Assembly: GCA_048270185.1 (NCBI GenBank)
Contig: JBLWTJ010000002.1
Location: forward strand, 96,001 to 160,000
Length of the DNA stretch: 64,000 bases
Origin: Bacteriovoracaceae bacterium
Lineage (GTDB): Bacteria > Bdellovibrionota > Bacteriovoracia > Bacteriovoracales > Bacteriovoracaceae
Direction of reading: 5' to 3'
In this document: positions 18,250 to 28,292 of the stretch, piece after piece
Position numbering within the stretch: the stretch's first letter is position 1
How the letters are laid out: every line of letters starts with the position of its first letter
Notes under the pieces: model-generated
Database searches by the model: none
Told to the model about the DNA's origin: nothing
What the model saw: the letters and a program-made list of their open reading frames with translations, nothing else
Translations under genes and position numbers: made by a program

Positions 18250-21200
18250 TTATTTTGCTTTAACGTCGATTACCTTAGTTGCAAGTAATTCACCGTTGTA
18301 AGAGACTTGAACTTTAAACTTTAGTTTGTCGTCCTTTGTCTTCTTCTTAAACTTGTAAGTTAGTGCTCCAGTAGCTGTTACACCCTTACCTGGTGAAGCG
18401 ATCTTTGTTGCGGCCTTCTTAAGGTCAACATATTTTTCACCTTCAAGAACACTGATTGCAACATCATATTCACCTGGTACGAAGTCACGTAGACCAGTTA
18501 ACTTAACCTTTACATCGTGGCTTCTGTAACGACAGTTAAATAATCCAAGAGTACACTTACGATCTTTAACTTCGTCAGAGAAATCAAGTCCTACTTGGAT
18601 CTCTGGGTTAACAAGTACGTTTGACGTAAATGTTGCCAGTTCAGTGTAGCTTGATCCTACTGCATCCCCTGGGTAAGTTAGCTCAATTTGCATTGAAACT
18701 TCTGAACCTGGACGAGCATTATTTGCAACTTTAGCTTGGATTACATCTGATAGATCAATCTGAGCTTGAGCTGGAAGAGTTCTTAAGTTAACTGTTGGAT
18801 CAACAACCACAACATTTGATGTGCTTGATACAACCTTAGCACTGATTGCTCCGCGGTTTGTTGCAAGTTTACCGAAGTTAACAAGCCCAAGACCAACTGA
18901 GAATTTACCATTTTGAGTTAACCCTTTTGGATCTTCAGTCTTAACTGTTGTCTGCCCAGCTTTTGCAAGACGAACAACACCTGTTGTTGCAAATAGTTTT
19001 TTCGCATCTGACTTACCAAGTGCTAGCATTTCAGATTTAAGTTTTGCGATATTCTCATCAAATCCTGCTTCTTCACCTGCATCAGCTCCGTTCTGGTAAG
19101 CTGCTCCCTCACCTTCTAAACGCGCTTCTGCGTAAGCAATCTTGTAGGCCTTATCAAATCCACTTTGCGTGTCTTTTGAAAAGTTACCTGCGCTAGCTTC
19201 GTCGCGAGCTTGCGAGAAGTACGCCACGTAACCGGCGAAGTAAGTGTCTTTGTGAGAAGACGTAAATTGCATTTTGTAAGCTGAATCGTAAGACTTACCA
19301 CAGGCTTGCTTAAACTCAGAAACACCTTTGTAAACATCAAAACAATTCTTGAAATCTTCATCAATGTCGATACGCGTAGGCGCAGTGTAAACGTATTGAG
19401 GAAGAGCTTTCGCTTTTTCTTTATTATTTTCATAAGCTTCAATCTCTGCTCGCACTCTTGAAACTTCTTGATCAACTCTTGAAGTGAATGACTTAAGAGC
19501 TCTTTCAGGAGCGGCATATTCAGGTGTGATGAAGTCATAAGTATCTGTTAGTGCATTCGTCATTTCACTTGCGAAAGCAAATGCTTTCTCCATGAAGATA
19601 CTTCCATTCACACTATTTGATAGAACGATTTTATTTGTTGGAAGATTAGAGAATGCTTCGTTCTTTACACTCTCGTAACCTTGTGGGTAGCTTTCAGACT
19701 TTGCTAATTTCTTAGCAGTCTCAACACCGACCTCATATCCTTTTGCATAACCTTCATCATAGCTTGACTGAGAATTTAGTCCATCAGCGTATCCCGCTTC
19801 AAGTCCATCATCCTTACCATCAAGAAGACCAGCAAGGTATCCTTTAAGTTCTCCAATTTTTAAACCATTGATTTTACCGAAGTGTTGACCATCTTCGCTT
19901 ACATCACGGCTTCCCTTGTACTCACCAGCAGTTGCTCCAGCTGTTTCACCTTGTGAAGCTCCAAGTTCTCTCGCTTCACCTTCGTATTGAGAGTAAAGAT
20001 CCTTACGTTCTTCGTAAGCAGAGAATTTACTTGCTGTGATTGACTCAAGTTCATTTGCAACTGTATCAGCTTTTGCAAACTCAGCTTCCTTAACATATTT
20101 CTTATCTTGTAGGCTTTCGTTTTGTCTTTGAAGATCTTGGATGCGTGACTCAGCACTTGCAATCATTGATCTCTTAGATGAGATTGCTTGTGAGTTCTGA
20201 TCCATTGTCGTGTTGGCCTGATTAATCGTTTGTTGATTCTGAGCAAATTGCTGAGAGAAACGATCTTGATCTTCACGACTTGCAAGAAGTCTTGCATGGA
20301 CATCATCAAGGCGATCCATGATCACTCTGATATCGGCCATCACAACTGAAAGACGACGCTCGTAAGATTCTCTTTCAGCAACGAGTGCTTTTTGAGTATT
20401 TCTTAAGCTTGCAACTGCACGACGGTTACTATCAAATTGATCCTGCTCTTTCTTAAGATCTCTCTTAAGTTTCTTGATATCAGAATTTACAAGAGCAAGT
20501 CTCTGTGTCGCTTCGCCCTTCTCTTTTTGAAGTTTAGCTATATCTTGCTGAAGACGAGTGATATCTTTTTTAACTTGTGCAAGTTTAGCACTCTTCTCAT
20601 CAAGCTTAGCTTTTGCTTGTACTTGAGTACGAGTTACATTTGTAAACTCAGACTTTAAAGTAGCAAGTCTTTGCTTTAATTTATCTAACTGAGGTGATGC
20701 GTTTGCAATCTCAGTTTCAACTGCTTTAAGTTGATTTGCCGCTTGTTGTGCCTTTTGTTTTGCACTAGCAACAGCACTTTGAAGTGCATTGATTTTACCT
20801 TGCCCTTGAGCAATGATTTGCTCAGTAGCTTTAAGATCCGCTTGCGCCTTTGTTAAGTCTGCTGAAACTTTAGTTATCTTAGTTTCAGTCTCAGCGATCT
20901 TATCACGTAGCGCTTTTCTTCTAAGTCTTAGCTCCTTGATTTGTTGACCTTTACCTGGATCACGTCCGCCACCAGTCAGATCTTTTAAGGCCGTTTCAAC
21001 AACGGCAAGATCCGCTTCCATCTTAGACTTCTTATTTTCTAACTGAGCTTTTTGAGAAGCTAGTAAATCTTTTTGTGACTTTAAAGTATCAACTTTTCCT
21101 TTGGCGTCAGCTAGTTCTTTCTTCGCTGAATTAAGCTCTGAAGTCTTTGATGAAACTTCAGACTGAGCAGCTGAAAGTTGTTGCTTTAATTTATTACGCT

Positions 21201-22008
21201 TTTGGATAAGAGGTCCGATGGCCTCTTCTTGCTTCTTTATTTTATTTTCAACTTGATCAATCTTAGTCTTGATATCGGCTACAGCTTGGTTTGCTGCTTG
21301 AAGCTCAGTCTTTGCTTGGCTTACCTGTGACTCAAAAGTTGAAACTTGAGACTGGGCCTGAGAAAGATTCTGCTTTGTTTGATTAAGATCTTTTTGAATA
21401 TTTGGTATTCTCTTTTGTAGACGATCATGCTCATCGATTGCTTTAGTGATTTTAGATTCGAGGGATTGAATCTCATCTTTGTTACGGTTAAAGATCTTCT
21501 GTGCACGCTCAAGATCATCGCCATTCTTCTGAATACTCTTTTCAACTGAATTAAGAGCACGTCTTAGGTTTTGTTCCGAATTTCTTGGCCCGGCCAAATC
21601 TCCTTCTAAACGATACTGATCATTTTCAAGAGCTTTAATATTTTGAGCTAATCTAATTAACTCATCATTAAGTCCTAAGTTCTCTTCACCTAGTTGAGCG
21701 ATTGTTGTTTCAAGATCCATATTCTCAGAACTAAGCTGAGTAATTAAAGCAACAGCTTCATCGATATCTCTTTCAGTAGCGTTGATCGTGCTTCCATTGA
21801 TTTCTAATTGTGCAACGATATCGTTGATTAGACTCTTTAGCTGATCAGCACTCATTCTCGCTGAGTCTGATTGAGACTTTGCTTGAGTGTAAGATGATAG
21901 ATAAGTTCGATAATCGATCTCATCTGGAAGTGTAGCGTTAGCATTTGCGGCCATGGCCAAAACAGACAATAGAACAACATTCTTGCTCAAAGCAATTGAT
22001 CTCATCAT
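18250..22008 (-). CDS. Large secreted coiled-coil protein with GxxxG repeats and beta-rich C-terminus
   Basis: Signal peptide; several hundred residues of heptad-like sequence; GxxxG runs; C-terminal beta-strand pattern. Confidence 0.75.
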   Translation of the reverse strand: MMRSIALSKNVVLLSVLAMAANANATLPDEIDYRTYLSSYTQAKSQSDSARMSADQLKSLINDIVAQLEINGSTINATERDIDEAVALITQLSSENMDLETTIAQLGEENLGLNDELIRLAQNIKALENDQYRLEGDLAGPRNSEQNLRRALNSVEKSIQKNGDDLERAQKIFNRNKDEIQSLESKITKAIDEHDRLQKRIPNIQKDLNQTKQNLSQAQSQVSTFESQVSQAKTELQAANQAVADIKTKIDQVENKIKKQEEAIGPLIQKRNKLKQQLSAAQSEVSSKTSELNSAKKELADAKGKVDTLKSQKDLLASQKAQLENKKSKMEADLAVVETALKDLTGGGRDPGKGQQIKELRLRRKALRDKIAETETKITKVSADLTKAQADLKATEQIIAQGQGKINALQSAVASAKQKAQQAANQLKAVETEIANASPQLDKLKQRLATLKSEFTNVTRTQVQAKAKLDEKSAKLAQVKKDITRLQQDIAKLQKEKGEATQRLALVNSDIKKLKRDLKKEQDQFDSNRRAVASLRNTQKALVAERESYERRLSVVMADIRVIMDRLDDVHARLLASREDQDRFSQQFAQNQQTINQANTTMDQNSQAISSKRSMIASAESRIQDLQRQNESLQDKKYVKEAEFAKADTVANELESITASKFSAYEERKDLYSQYEGEARELGASQGETAGATAGEYKGSRDVSEDGQHFGKINGLKIGELKGYLAGLLDGKDDGLEAGYADGLNSQSSYDEGYAKGYEVGVETAKKLAKSESYPQGYESVKNEAFSNLPTNKIVLSNSVNGSIFMEKAFAFASEMTNALTDTYDFITPEYAAPERALKSFTSRVDQEVSRVRAEIEAYENNKEKAKALPQYVYTAPTRIDIDEDFKNCFDVYKGVSEFKQACGKSYDSAYKMQFTSSHKDTYFAGYVAYFSQARDEASAGNFSKDTQSGFDKAYKIAYAEARLEGEGAAYQNGADAGEEAGFDENIAKLKSEMLALGKSDAKKLFATTGVVRLAKAGQTTVKTEDPKGLTQNGKFSVGLGLVNFGKLATNRGAISAKVVSSTSNVVVVDPTVNLRTLPAQAQIDLSDVIQAKVANNARPGSEVSMQIELTYPGDAVGSSYTELATFTSNVLVNPEIQVGLDFSDEVKDRKCTLGLFNCRYRSHDVKVKLTGLRDFVPGEYDVAISVLEGEKYVDLKKAATKIASPGKGVTATGALTYKFKKKTKDDKLKFKVQVSYNGELLATKVIDVKAK

Positions 22009-22639
22009 GATTCCCTCTCCTTTTGATCACGTTGAATAAATTAGTTGTATAAAATGCTTGGAGATTTGTGGAGATTACTTAGTGAATTTGTAGATGTTAT
22101 ATGTTTATTGTAAGAATTTTTCAGAATATTACATTCATCTCTGTAAATATTTCAAATAACTGGACCTATAAAAGTGCCAAAGTGGTCCTATGGAGGTTGC
22201 AAAATGCTAATGATATTTAAAGTTTTGGGGATTTTTTAAGAATGTGAAGATTGAAAAATGCCTGGCCGTTACTTAAGCAGAGACAGGAAAAGACGACGGC
22301 CAGGCTTTTACACACAAGATAAGGACTTTTCAATAACCTCAAATAAACATTATTGTCTGCTATTCACATTGTAAATGGCCTCTTGCAAACTTTACTTTTT
22401 CTTTAACTCACACCCTATTTTTATGGGCAATTTTTAGATGTTTTTCGGGTTTTCATCAATCCTCAATTTTTAGGCCATTTCAAATCTCAAGTTATCGTTA
22501 TTAAATAGTCCGACCATTTTTCTCGGATGAATCTTCTTTTTCTGCCTGTATCTAAACACCTAAATTTATTATATACTTTACTAGTAATTCTATTTTCATT
22601 GAACGCAAATAACTCAACTTATATGGAAAGGGGGAATGA

Positions 22640-23131
22640 ATGAAAAAATTATTTACATTACTACTATTAGGTTCTGCACTTGTTATGACTTCATGTGGTT
22701 CTTCATCAAAAACAGATGATGCAACTTCAGTTGAGTCAGTAGATTATGACAACGCTTCTTTAGAAGTTAACGGTGACTCAGACTCAGGTAAAGCTGGTGC
22801 TCTTAGAACTGTTTACTTTGCATTTAATTCTGCAGGGCTTTCTTCATCAACTAAATCAACTCTTGAAGCTAACGCTGACTTCTTAAAGTCAAACACTTCA
22901 GTTGAAGTACAAGTTGAAGGTCACGCTGATGAAAGAGGTGGACGCGAGTACAACATGGCACTTGGTGAAAACCGTGCACGTGCAATTAAGAACTACCTAG
23001 TAGCTCTTGGTATTGAAGGTTCAAGAATCTCAACTACTTCTTACGGGAAGGAAAGACCAATTTCTTTTGGTCACTCTGAAGACTCTTGGTCACAAAACAG
23101 AAGAGGAAACTTCGTAATTATTGCAAAGTAA
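22640..23131 (+). CDS. pal: Peptidoglycan-associated lipoprotein
   Basis: Lipobox MTSC; VEGHADERG.REYN.ALGE.RA; SYGKERP; NRR. Confidence 0.93.
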   Translation: MKKLFTLLLLGSALVMTSCGSSSKTDDATSVESVDYDNASLEVNGDSDSGKAGALRTVYFAFNSAGLSSSTKSTLEANADFLKSNTSVEVQVEGHADERGGREYNMALGENRARAIKNYLVALGIEGSRISTTSYGKERPISFGHSEDSWSQNRRGNFVIIAK

Positions 23132-23141
23132 TTAAAACAAA

Positions 23142-23453
23142 ATGAAAGAATTAAAAACTAAACTACTATTTTTAATTTTACTTCTATCTTTGGGTAGCTG
23201 CGGTCTTACGACCGTACGCCCTAAGTTAGAAATGACTTATGCACAAGTTGCTTTCCTTGCGGCCAAGGAAGCAGGCGGACAAACACTCGCCCCTAACTTC
23301 TACAGAAAGGCCGAATTCTATTACTTAAAAGCTAAATCGAGCTACAAGAGAAAATTCTTTAACAAAGCTAAGAAATACGCCATTTTATCTAAGCAATTTT
23401 CAGAAAAGGCCGAATTCAAGGCTTATCGTAAGAAGACTCTCGATAGCATCTAA
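23142..23453 (+). CDS. Small lipoprotein (DUF4398-like)
   Basis: Lipobox LGSC; A..AA..AG...AP...KAE helical pattern. Confidence 0.6.
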   Translation: MKELKTKLLFLILLLSLGSCGLTTVRPKLEMTYAQVAFLAAKEAGGQTLAPNFYRKAEFYYLKAKSSYKRKFFNKAKKYAILSKQFSEKAEFKAYRKKTLDSI

Positions 23454-23491
23454 TTATATTTGCATCCTCTCGGATGCTTGGAGAATTTCTC

Positions 23492-24274
23492 ATGAAGAAA
23501 ACTTCCCTACTCTCAACACTTACATTAATTACCTTAATCGGCGCAACAGTATCTTGTAAGACACAAGAGCAAATTGAGCGCGAACAAAAGATCAACACGA
23601 TGTCAGTGCAAATGCAACAAAACCAAAAGTTAAATGCAGATGCCATCGCTAAAATGCAAGAAATGCAAGATTCTGTTCTTCTTGTACAAGGTAAGTTTGA
23701 AGAGTATTCAAATACTAAGAATCAAGAGCTTGAAGCTGTTAATCAAAAAGTTTTAAAGCTTGAAGAACAGAATACGACTCTAACAGATGAAGTAACAAAA
23801 CTTACAGCTAAGATTGAGCAGCAAGAAAAATATATCCAAGAGGTTCTTGCTCTTCTAAAAAAAAAAGAAAGTAAGAAGAAAGCGGCCGCTGCTGCAAAGA
23901 AGCGCTCTCCATATGAAGAAGGCATGCATCTTTATGGAAAAGGTCGCTATAACGAATCTCGCGCAATCCTAGAAGATCTTTATAAAGCAAATAAGATTAA
24001 AGGGAAAAGACGTGAGCGAATCATTCATAATCTAGGAATGATTTCTTATATTCAAAAAAGAAATGATGATGCCGTCACTTATTTTTCAACTTTATATACA
24101 TCGGTTCCAAAATCAGTCTATAACGCAAACGGACTGGTTTATCTAGCTCGCACATTTAAACGTCAAGGACAGACTGAGCAAGCAGTAATCACACTTGAAG
24201 AAATGCTTAAGTCATTTCCTAAGAGTCGTCACGTACCTACTGCAAAGAAGCTACTAGCTAGTTACAAGAAGTAA
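23492..24274 (+). CDS. cpoB: CpoB/YbgF-like coiled-coil plus TPR lipoprotein
   Basis: Follows pal; N-terminal coiled coil, C-terminal TPRs ending ...FPKS....AKK; start moved to MKKTSLL. Confidence 0.7.
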   Translation: MKKTSLLSTLTLITLIGATVSCKTQEQIEREQKINTMSVQMQQNQKLNADAIAKMQEMQDSVLLVQGKFEEYSNTKNQELEAVNQKVLKLEEQNTTLTDEVTKLTAKIEQQEKYIQEVLALLKKKESKKKAAAAAKKRSPYEEGMHLYGKGRYNESRAILEDLYKANKIKGKRRERIIHNLGMISYIQKRNDDAVTYFSTLYTSVPKSVYNANGLVYLARTFKRQGQTEQAVITLEEMLKSFPKSRHVPTAKKLLASYKK

Positions 24275-24283
24275 GAGGAAACT

Positions 24284-25897
24284 ATGAAGAAAATATTGGG
24301 AATAATAACCTTAGCACTAACCTTCTCGTGCCAGAGTATTATTGATTTTGATAAAGACACAGAAGAAGTAAAAATTGAAGGCCCTAAGTTTTCAATACTA
24401 TTCTCCCACTCAATCTCTGGTGAAACACATCCATGTGGTTGTCGTCAATTTCCACTAGGTGGCCTACCTCAAGTGGCAGGCTTTATGAATGACTTTAAAA
24501 AAGATCATCAGTATCTCTATATTGATACTGGCGATATGCTCTTTCCATCTTCTGTTGTTCCACCTCATATTGCCAGGTCTCAAAAATTTGCGGCCATGTC
24601 CTTAGCAAAGGGACTCGATAAGCTTGGACTTAAGTACACTCTCCCAGGAGACCAAGATCTCGCTGCAGGAATTGAGTTTTATAAAGAAGTTCTCTCACAA
24701 GTTAAATTTAAGGCACTTGTTTCAAATGTTATTAATCCAAAAGAGGAAGCATTATTTCCTCATGAAGAATTTGCGACAATCAAATTTGGTAAGAAGACGA
24801 TTTACTTAACTGGTATCGTTGACCCTAATAGCCTCCACCCGAGACATCAGGAGCTATTCACACCACCAGTTGAAAGCTTCCCTACGACACTTAAGAAGTT
24901 AAAAGAAGCCGGCTATGACGAGAAGAATCCACTTAATGAATTAGTTGTTATGTCTCACTCTGGACTAGATTTTGATAAACTCTTTGCAGAGAAATTTCCT
25001 ATGATTACTTGGATTATAGGCTCACACTCACAAAGCTTTACCAATAACACTATTGATGTAGGTAAAACTCAAATTGTTCAAGTTCTCTCTAAGAACCACT
25101 ACCTTGGTGAAGTTGCCTTCTCTCCTGATACAAAGAAGCCTGAGAAAGAATTCTTTTATCATGAAATGCGTGAGCAATTAGGTGAAAAGATACCTAATAA
25201 CCCATTTACTGCTTATATTAATGATCACAAAACTGAACTTGATAAAATTCGCGATGATGAACAAAAGGTATTTTCTTTTGAAGAAACAGGGATCAAGCGT
25301 CTAGCTGATGCAAAGAGCTGTCTGGAGTGTCACACAGATCAGGCCAAGCACTGGCAACAAACACCACACTCAATTTCCTTTGCCACTCTCATCATTGCAA
25401 AAGAAGAAAATAAAACTTCATGTATGGAGTGTCACTCTCTTGGAATGAATCAAGAAGGTGGTTATATTAATCATAATGATCTGATGCACTTTAAAGATCT
25501 AAAGACAACTGACGCTAAATTCGAAGCTCACAAGGCCAAGTACTGGGCCGATGTTTCAAAGGCGTTTAAAGATGTGAAATCAATTCGTAAGCTTGCGCCA
25601 AAGAGGATAGAGGCCATTCGTGTAGCTTGGGATAAGACCAACGAAAAGCACGGTGTTGAGCACTCATTTGCCAATGTTCAGTGCTTAAATTGTCACACAA
25701 CAATGACAGATCACCCTTTTGCCATTGAAAGTGAAGATCATAAGAAATTAAATCAGAAGGCCCATATCAAGACAAAATGTCTTGGATGCCACACTTCAGA
25801 TCAATCCCCTGAATGGTACAATAAAGATGGTGATGGAATCTATACAGGTGTTAACGAAGATTACTTTGAAAAAATGTATAAGAAAATGGTGCACTAA
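24284..25897 (+). CDS. Lipoprotein: UshA/5'-nucleotidase-like N-domain fused to tetraheme cytochrome c
   Basis: HPCGC...GGL, DTGD, MSHSG, GSHS metallophosphoesterase-like motifs; four CxxCH (CLECH, CMECH, CLNCH, CLGCH). Confidence 0.8.
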   Translation: MKKILGIITLALTFSCQSIIDFDKDTEEVKIEGPKFSILFSHSISGETHPCGCRQFPLGGLPQVAGFMNDFKKDHQYLYIDTGDMLFPSSVVPPHIARSQKFAAMSLAKGLDKLGLKYTLPGDQDLAAGIEFYKEVLSQVKFKALVSNVINPKEEALFPHEEFATIKFGKKTIYLTGIVDPNSLHPRHQELFTPPVESFPTTLKKLKEAGYDEKNPLNELVVMSHSGLDFDKLFAEKFPMITWIIGSHSQSFTNNTIDVGKTQIVQVLSKNHYLGEVAFSPDTKKPEKEFFYHEMREQLGEKIPNNPFTAYINDHKTELDKIRDDEQKVFSFEETGIKRLADAKSCLECHTDQAKHWQQTPHSISFATLIIAKEENKTSCMECHSLGMNQEGGYINHNDLMHFKDLKTTDAKFEAHKAKYWADVSKAFKDVKSIRKLAPKRIEAIRVAWDKTNEKHGVEHSFANVQCLNCHTTMTDHPFAIESEDHKKLNQKAHIKTKCLGCHTSDQSPEWYNKDGDGIYTGVNEDYFEKMYKKMVH

Positions 25898-25909
25898 GAA
25901 ACTAGGTGT

Positions 25910-26359
25910 CTAGTTGTAGTCACCTTTTCTTAGTTTCTTCTCAACGTCTTTCTTCTGCTGGTCAGAGCGCTTATCGTGAAGCTTTTTCCCTTTTGCCAAG
26001 GCAATCTCAAGCTTTACACGAGATCCCTTAAAATAAATTATTGTTGGAACAATTGTTAAGCGCTCGGCCTTAGCACGGTGAGCGATCTCAGCAATTTCTT
26101 TCTCATTTAAAAGAAGCTTTCTCTTTCTCGCCTCTTCATGATTGAATTGATTTCCAAATTCGTACTCAGGAATTTTGATATTATTGGCCCAAACTTCGCC
26201 ATTCTTATCAATTGTAATATGGGCCTCAGCAATTGAAACCTTACCTGCACGCAAAGACTTCACTTCTGTCCCCACTAGCATCATGCCAGCTTCATAAAGT
26301 TCAAGTAATTGATAATCGAACTTTGCTCTCTTATTCTTAGCTATTATTTTCTTTCCCAT
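25910..26359 (-). CDS. smpB: SsrA-binding protein
   Basis: NKRAKFDY, EAG..L.GTEVKSLR, RKLLL, AKGKKLHDKR. Confidence 0.97.
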   Translation of the reverse strand: MGKKIIAKNKRAKFDYQLLELYEAGMMLVGTEVKSLRAGKVSIAEAHITIDKNGEVWANNIKIPEYEFGNQFNHEEARKRKLLLNEKEIAEIAHRAKAERLTIVPTIIYFKGSRVKLEIALAKGKKLHDKRSDQQKKDVEKKLRKGDYN

Positions 26360-26361
26360 AA

Positions 26362-27168
26362 TTACTCATTTAGAAATTTATATAAGTTTTGTAGATCTTC
26401 TAATTTTAGCGCTTCTGCCCTAACTGTCAAAGGTTGATTGATGCTTTCAAGGCCTGCAGCAATTCTCTCGGCCGGTGCATAGCTCTTTAGAACCTTTCCA
26501 ATTTGCTTGCGTTTAAATTGGAAGACTGCTCTTAAGAATTTCTCAAATTTTGGAAAGTCTTCTAATGCAATGACAGGATTTTCAATTCTCTCAAAGCTGA
26601 TAACGGCAGAGTCAACTTTTGGAGGAGGAGTAAATGCTCCTGGAGGCGCCTTAACTAATAATGATGTCTTAAAGTATGTCTGAGATAAGGCCATGAGAGA
26701 TCCCATGAAATTTTTCTTTGTCGCAAAAGCAAAAACCTTATCGGCCACTTCTCTTTGAAACATCAAAGTCATATATTTGATCTTTGGAGTTTGTAAAAAC
26801 TTTAGAAGTAGTGGCGTTGAGATATTATATGGAAGATTTGAAACGAGCCAACACTCCTCTCCAATTCCCTTATCATTAATGAATTGATCAAAGTCTAATG
26901 CAAGTGCATCGGTGAAAAGAATATTTTCTTCTTTGACGATTGGACCTAGGTACTCAATCATACGCGTATCCATTTCAACAACATTTAAGTTGCTATCATG
27001 TGCAGCAAGATGCTTTGTCAAAACACCAGGCCCTGGACCGACTTCAATAATATGTTTGGCACGATCTGCAAAATCGTCCGTAATCTTAGTAATAATATTT
27101 TGATTATTTAAAAAGTGTTGCCCGAGTTCTTTATTGGCCCAAGGGAGTTTTGACTTTGATTCTTCCAT
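26362..27168 (-). CDS. rsmA: 16S rRNA m6(2)A dimethyltransferase
   Basis: LGQHFL, EVGPGPG, SNLPYNIS, MFQREVA, F.PPPKVDSA. Confidence 0.95.
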   Translation of the reverse strand: MEESKSKLPWANKELGQHFLNNQNIITKITDDFADRAKHIIEVGPGPGVLTKHLAAHDSNLNVVEMDTRMIEYLGPIVKEENILFTDALALDFDQFINDKGIGEECWLVSNLPYNISTPLLLKFLQTPKIKYMTLMFQREVADKVFAFATKKNFMGSLMALSQTYFKTSLLVKAPPGAFTPPPKVDSAVISFERIENPVIALEDFPKFEKFLRAVFQFKRKQIGKVLKSYAPAERIAAGLESINQPLTVRAEALKLEDLQNLYKFLNE

Positions 27169-27170
27169 GA

Positions 27171-28244
27171 TTATGACTTCCTATGGTCCTTCTTATTAAT
27201 AAAACGAGAGCGAGCATCAATACTTAGAGTTTGTGGGTACTTGATACGATCATTAAAATTTCTGAAAGCATAATTAGCAATCATTGCCCCATTATCAGTA
27301 CAGTACTTCGGTTCGACAAAGAAGACATTCTTATATTTTTCTTTAAGTTGTGATCTTAAGTAACTATTGCATGCAACACCACCACCAACGACAATAGGAA
27401 GATTCTGGTGTCCCATTTCACGTGCTTTTTCGATGGCATAGCGAAGCTTAAGCTTAAGGGCCCCAACGATAGCGTGTTGATAAGAAGCACAAATATCTTT
27501 TGTATCTTGATTGATATCTTCAAGTGATTTAACTAAGTACTCTGGATTCTTATCGAGGAAAGTTCTAAGGGCCGTTTTTACTCCCGAAAAGCTTAGGTTA
27601 CAGTCCTTAGAAGATTTGAGCCCGATAGGAAATTCAAAACGCTTGATATCCCCTTCTTTTGCTAGATCATCAATAATTCTGCCAGCAGGATAACCAAGCC
27701 CCATAAGCTTTCCACCTTTATCATAGGCTTCACCGGCAGCATCATCAATTGTTGAACCAAGCACCTCTATTTCATCGCTTGCCGTGACAAGAGTATAGAG
27801 ACTGTGCCCACCACTTACAAGTAATCCAATATATGGGTAGCTTACTTCTTGGCTTAAGTGAATGGCCTCAAGGTGAGCAAAGAGATGATTAACAGCAAAG
27901 AGGTCAACCTTCTTTAAAAGAGAAATTGTTTTGGCCGCATTAAGGCCTGTTAAAAGTGGCCCTAGCAAGCCAGGGAAAGTCGTCACTCCGATAAGATCAA
28001 TTTGCGATAACTCCACATCTGCTTTCTTAAGAGTAGAGGCCAGCAGTGGTGCTAATTTATCTAAGTGATTTCGAGAAGCAATTTCAGGAACAACTCCACC
28101 CCATTGGGCCAGCATTTGCTCTTGCGTAAATAATTCAAAGGCCAAGATTTCAGGGCGCGCGTTACTATTCGGATCGCCTTTTAAAACAGCAACCGATGTA
28201 TCATCACAACTTGTTTCTATCCCTAAAATATATTTACTTGTCAC
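27171..28244 (-). CDS. tsaD: tRNA t6A threonylcarbamoyltransferase
   Basis: LGIETSCDDT, GGVVPEIASR.H, H..AH, VSGGH, DDAAGEAYDK, CTDNGAMIA. Confidence 0.96.
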   Translation of the reverse strand: MTSKYILGIETSCDDTSVAVLKGDPNSNARPEILAFELFTQEQMLAQWGGVVPEIASRNHLDKLAPLLASTLKKADVELSQIDLIGVTTFPGLLGPLLTGLNAAKTISLLKKVDLFAVNHLFAHLEAIHLSQEVSYPYIGLLVSGGHSLYTLVTASDEIEVLGSTIDDAAGEAYDKGGKLMGLGYPAGRIIDDLAKEGDIKRFEFPIGLKSSKDCNLSFSGVKTALRTFLDKNPEYLVKSLEDINQDTKDICASYQHAIVGALKLKLRYAIEKAREMGHQNLPIVVGGGVACNSYLRSQLKEKYKNVFFVEPKYCTDNGAMIANYAFRNFNDRIKYPQTLSIDARSRFINKKDHRKS

Positions 28245-28292
28245 ACTGACTTCCGCTTTTAAATGATTGATTAAATAAGGGGCAACGTATCA

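Noticed and set aside
18250..22008. SMC or tape-measure protein
   Set aside because: Has a signal peptide, lacks Walker motifs, and has no phage genes nearby
24431..24445. Selenocysteine recoding in the CGC motif
   Set aside because: Codons are TGT-GGT-TGT with no in-frame TGA
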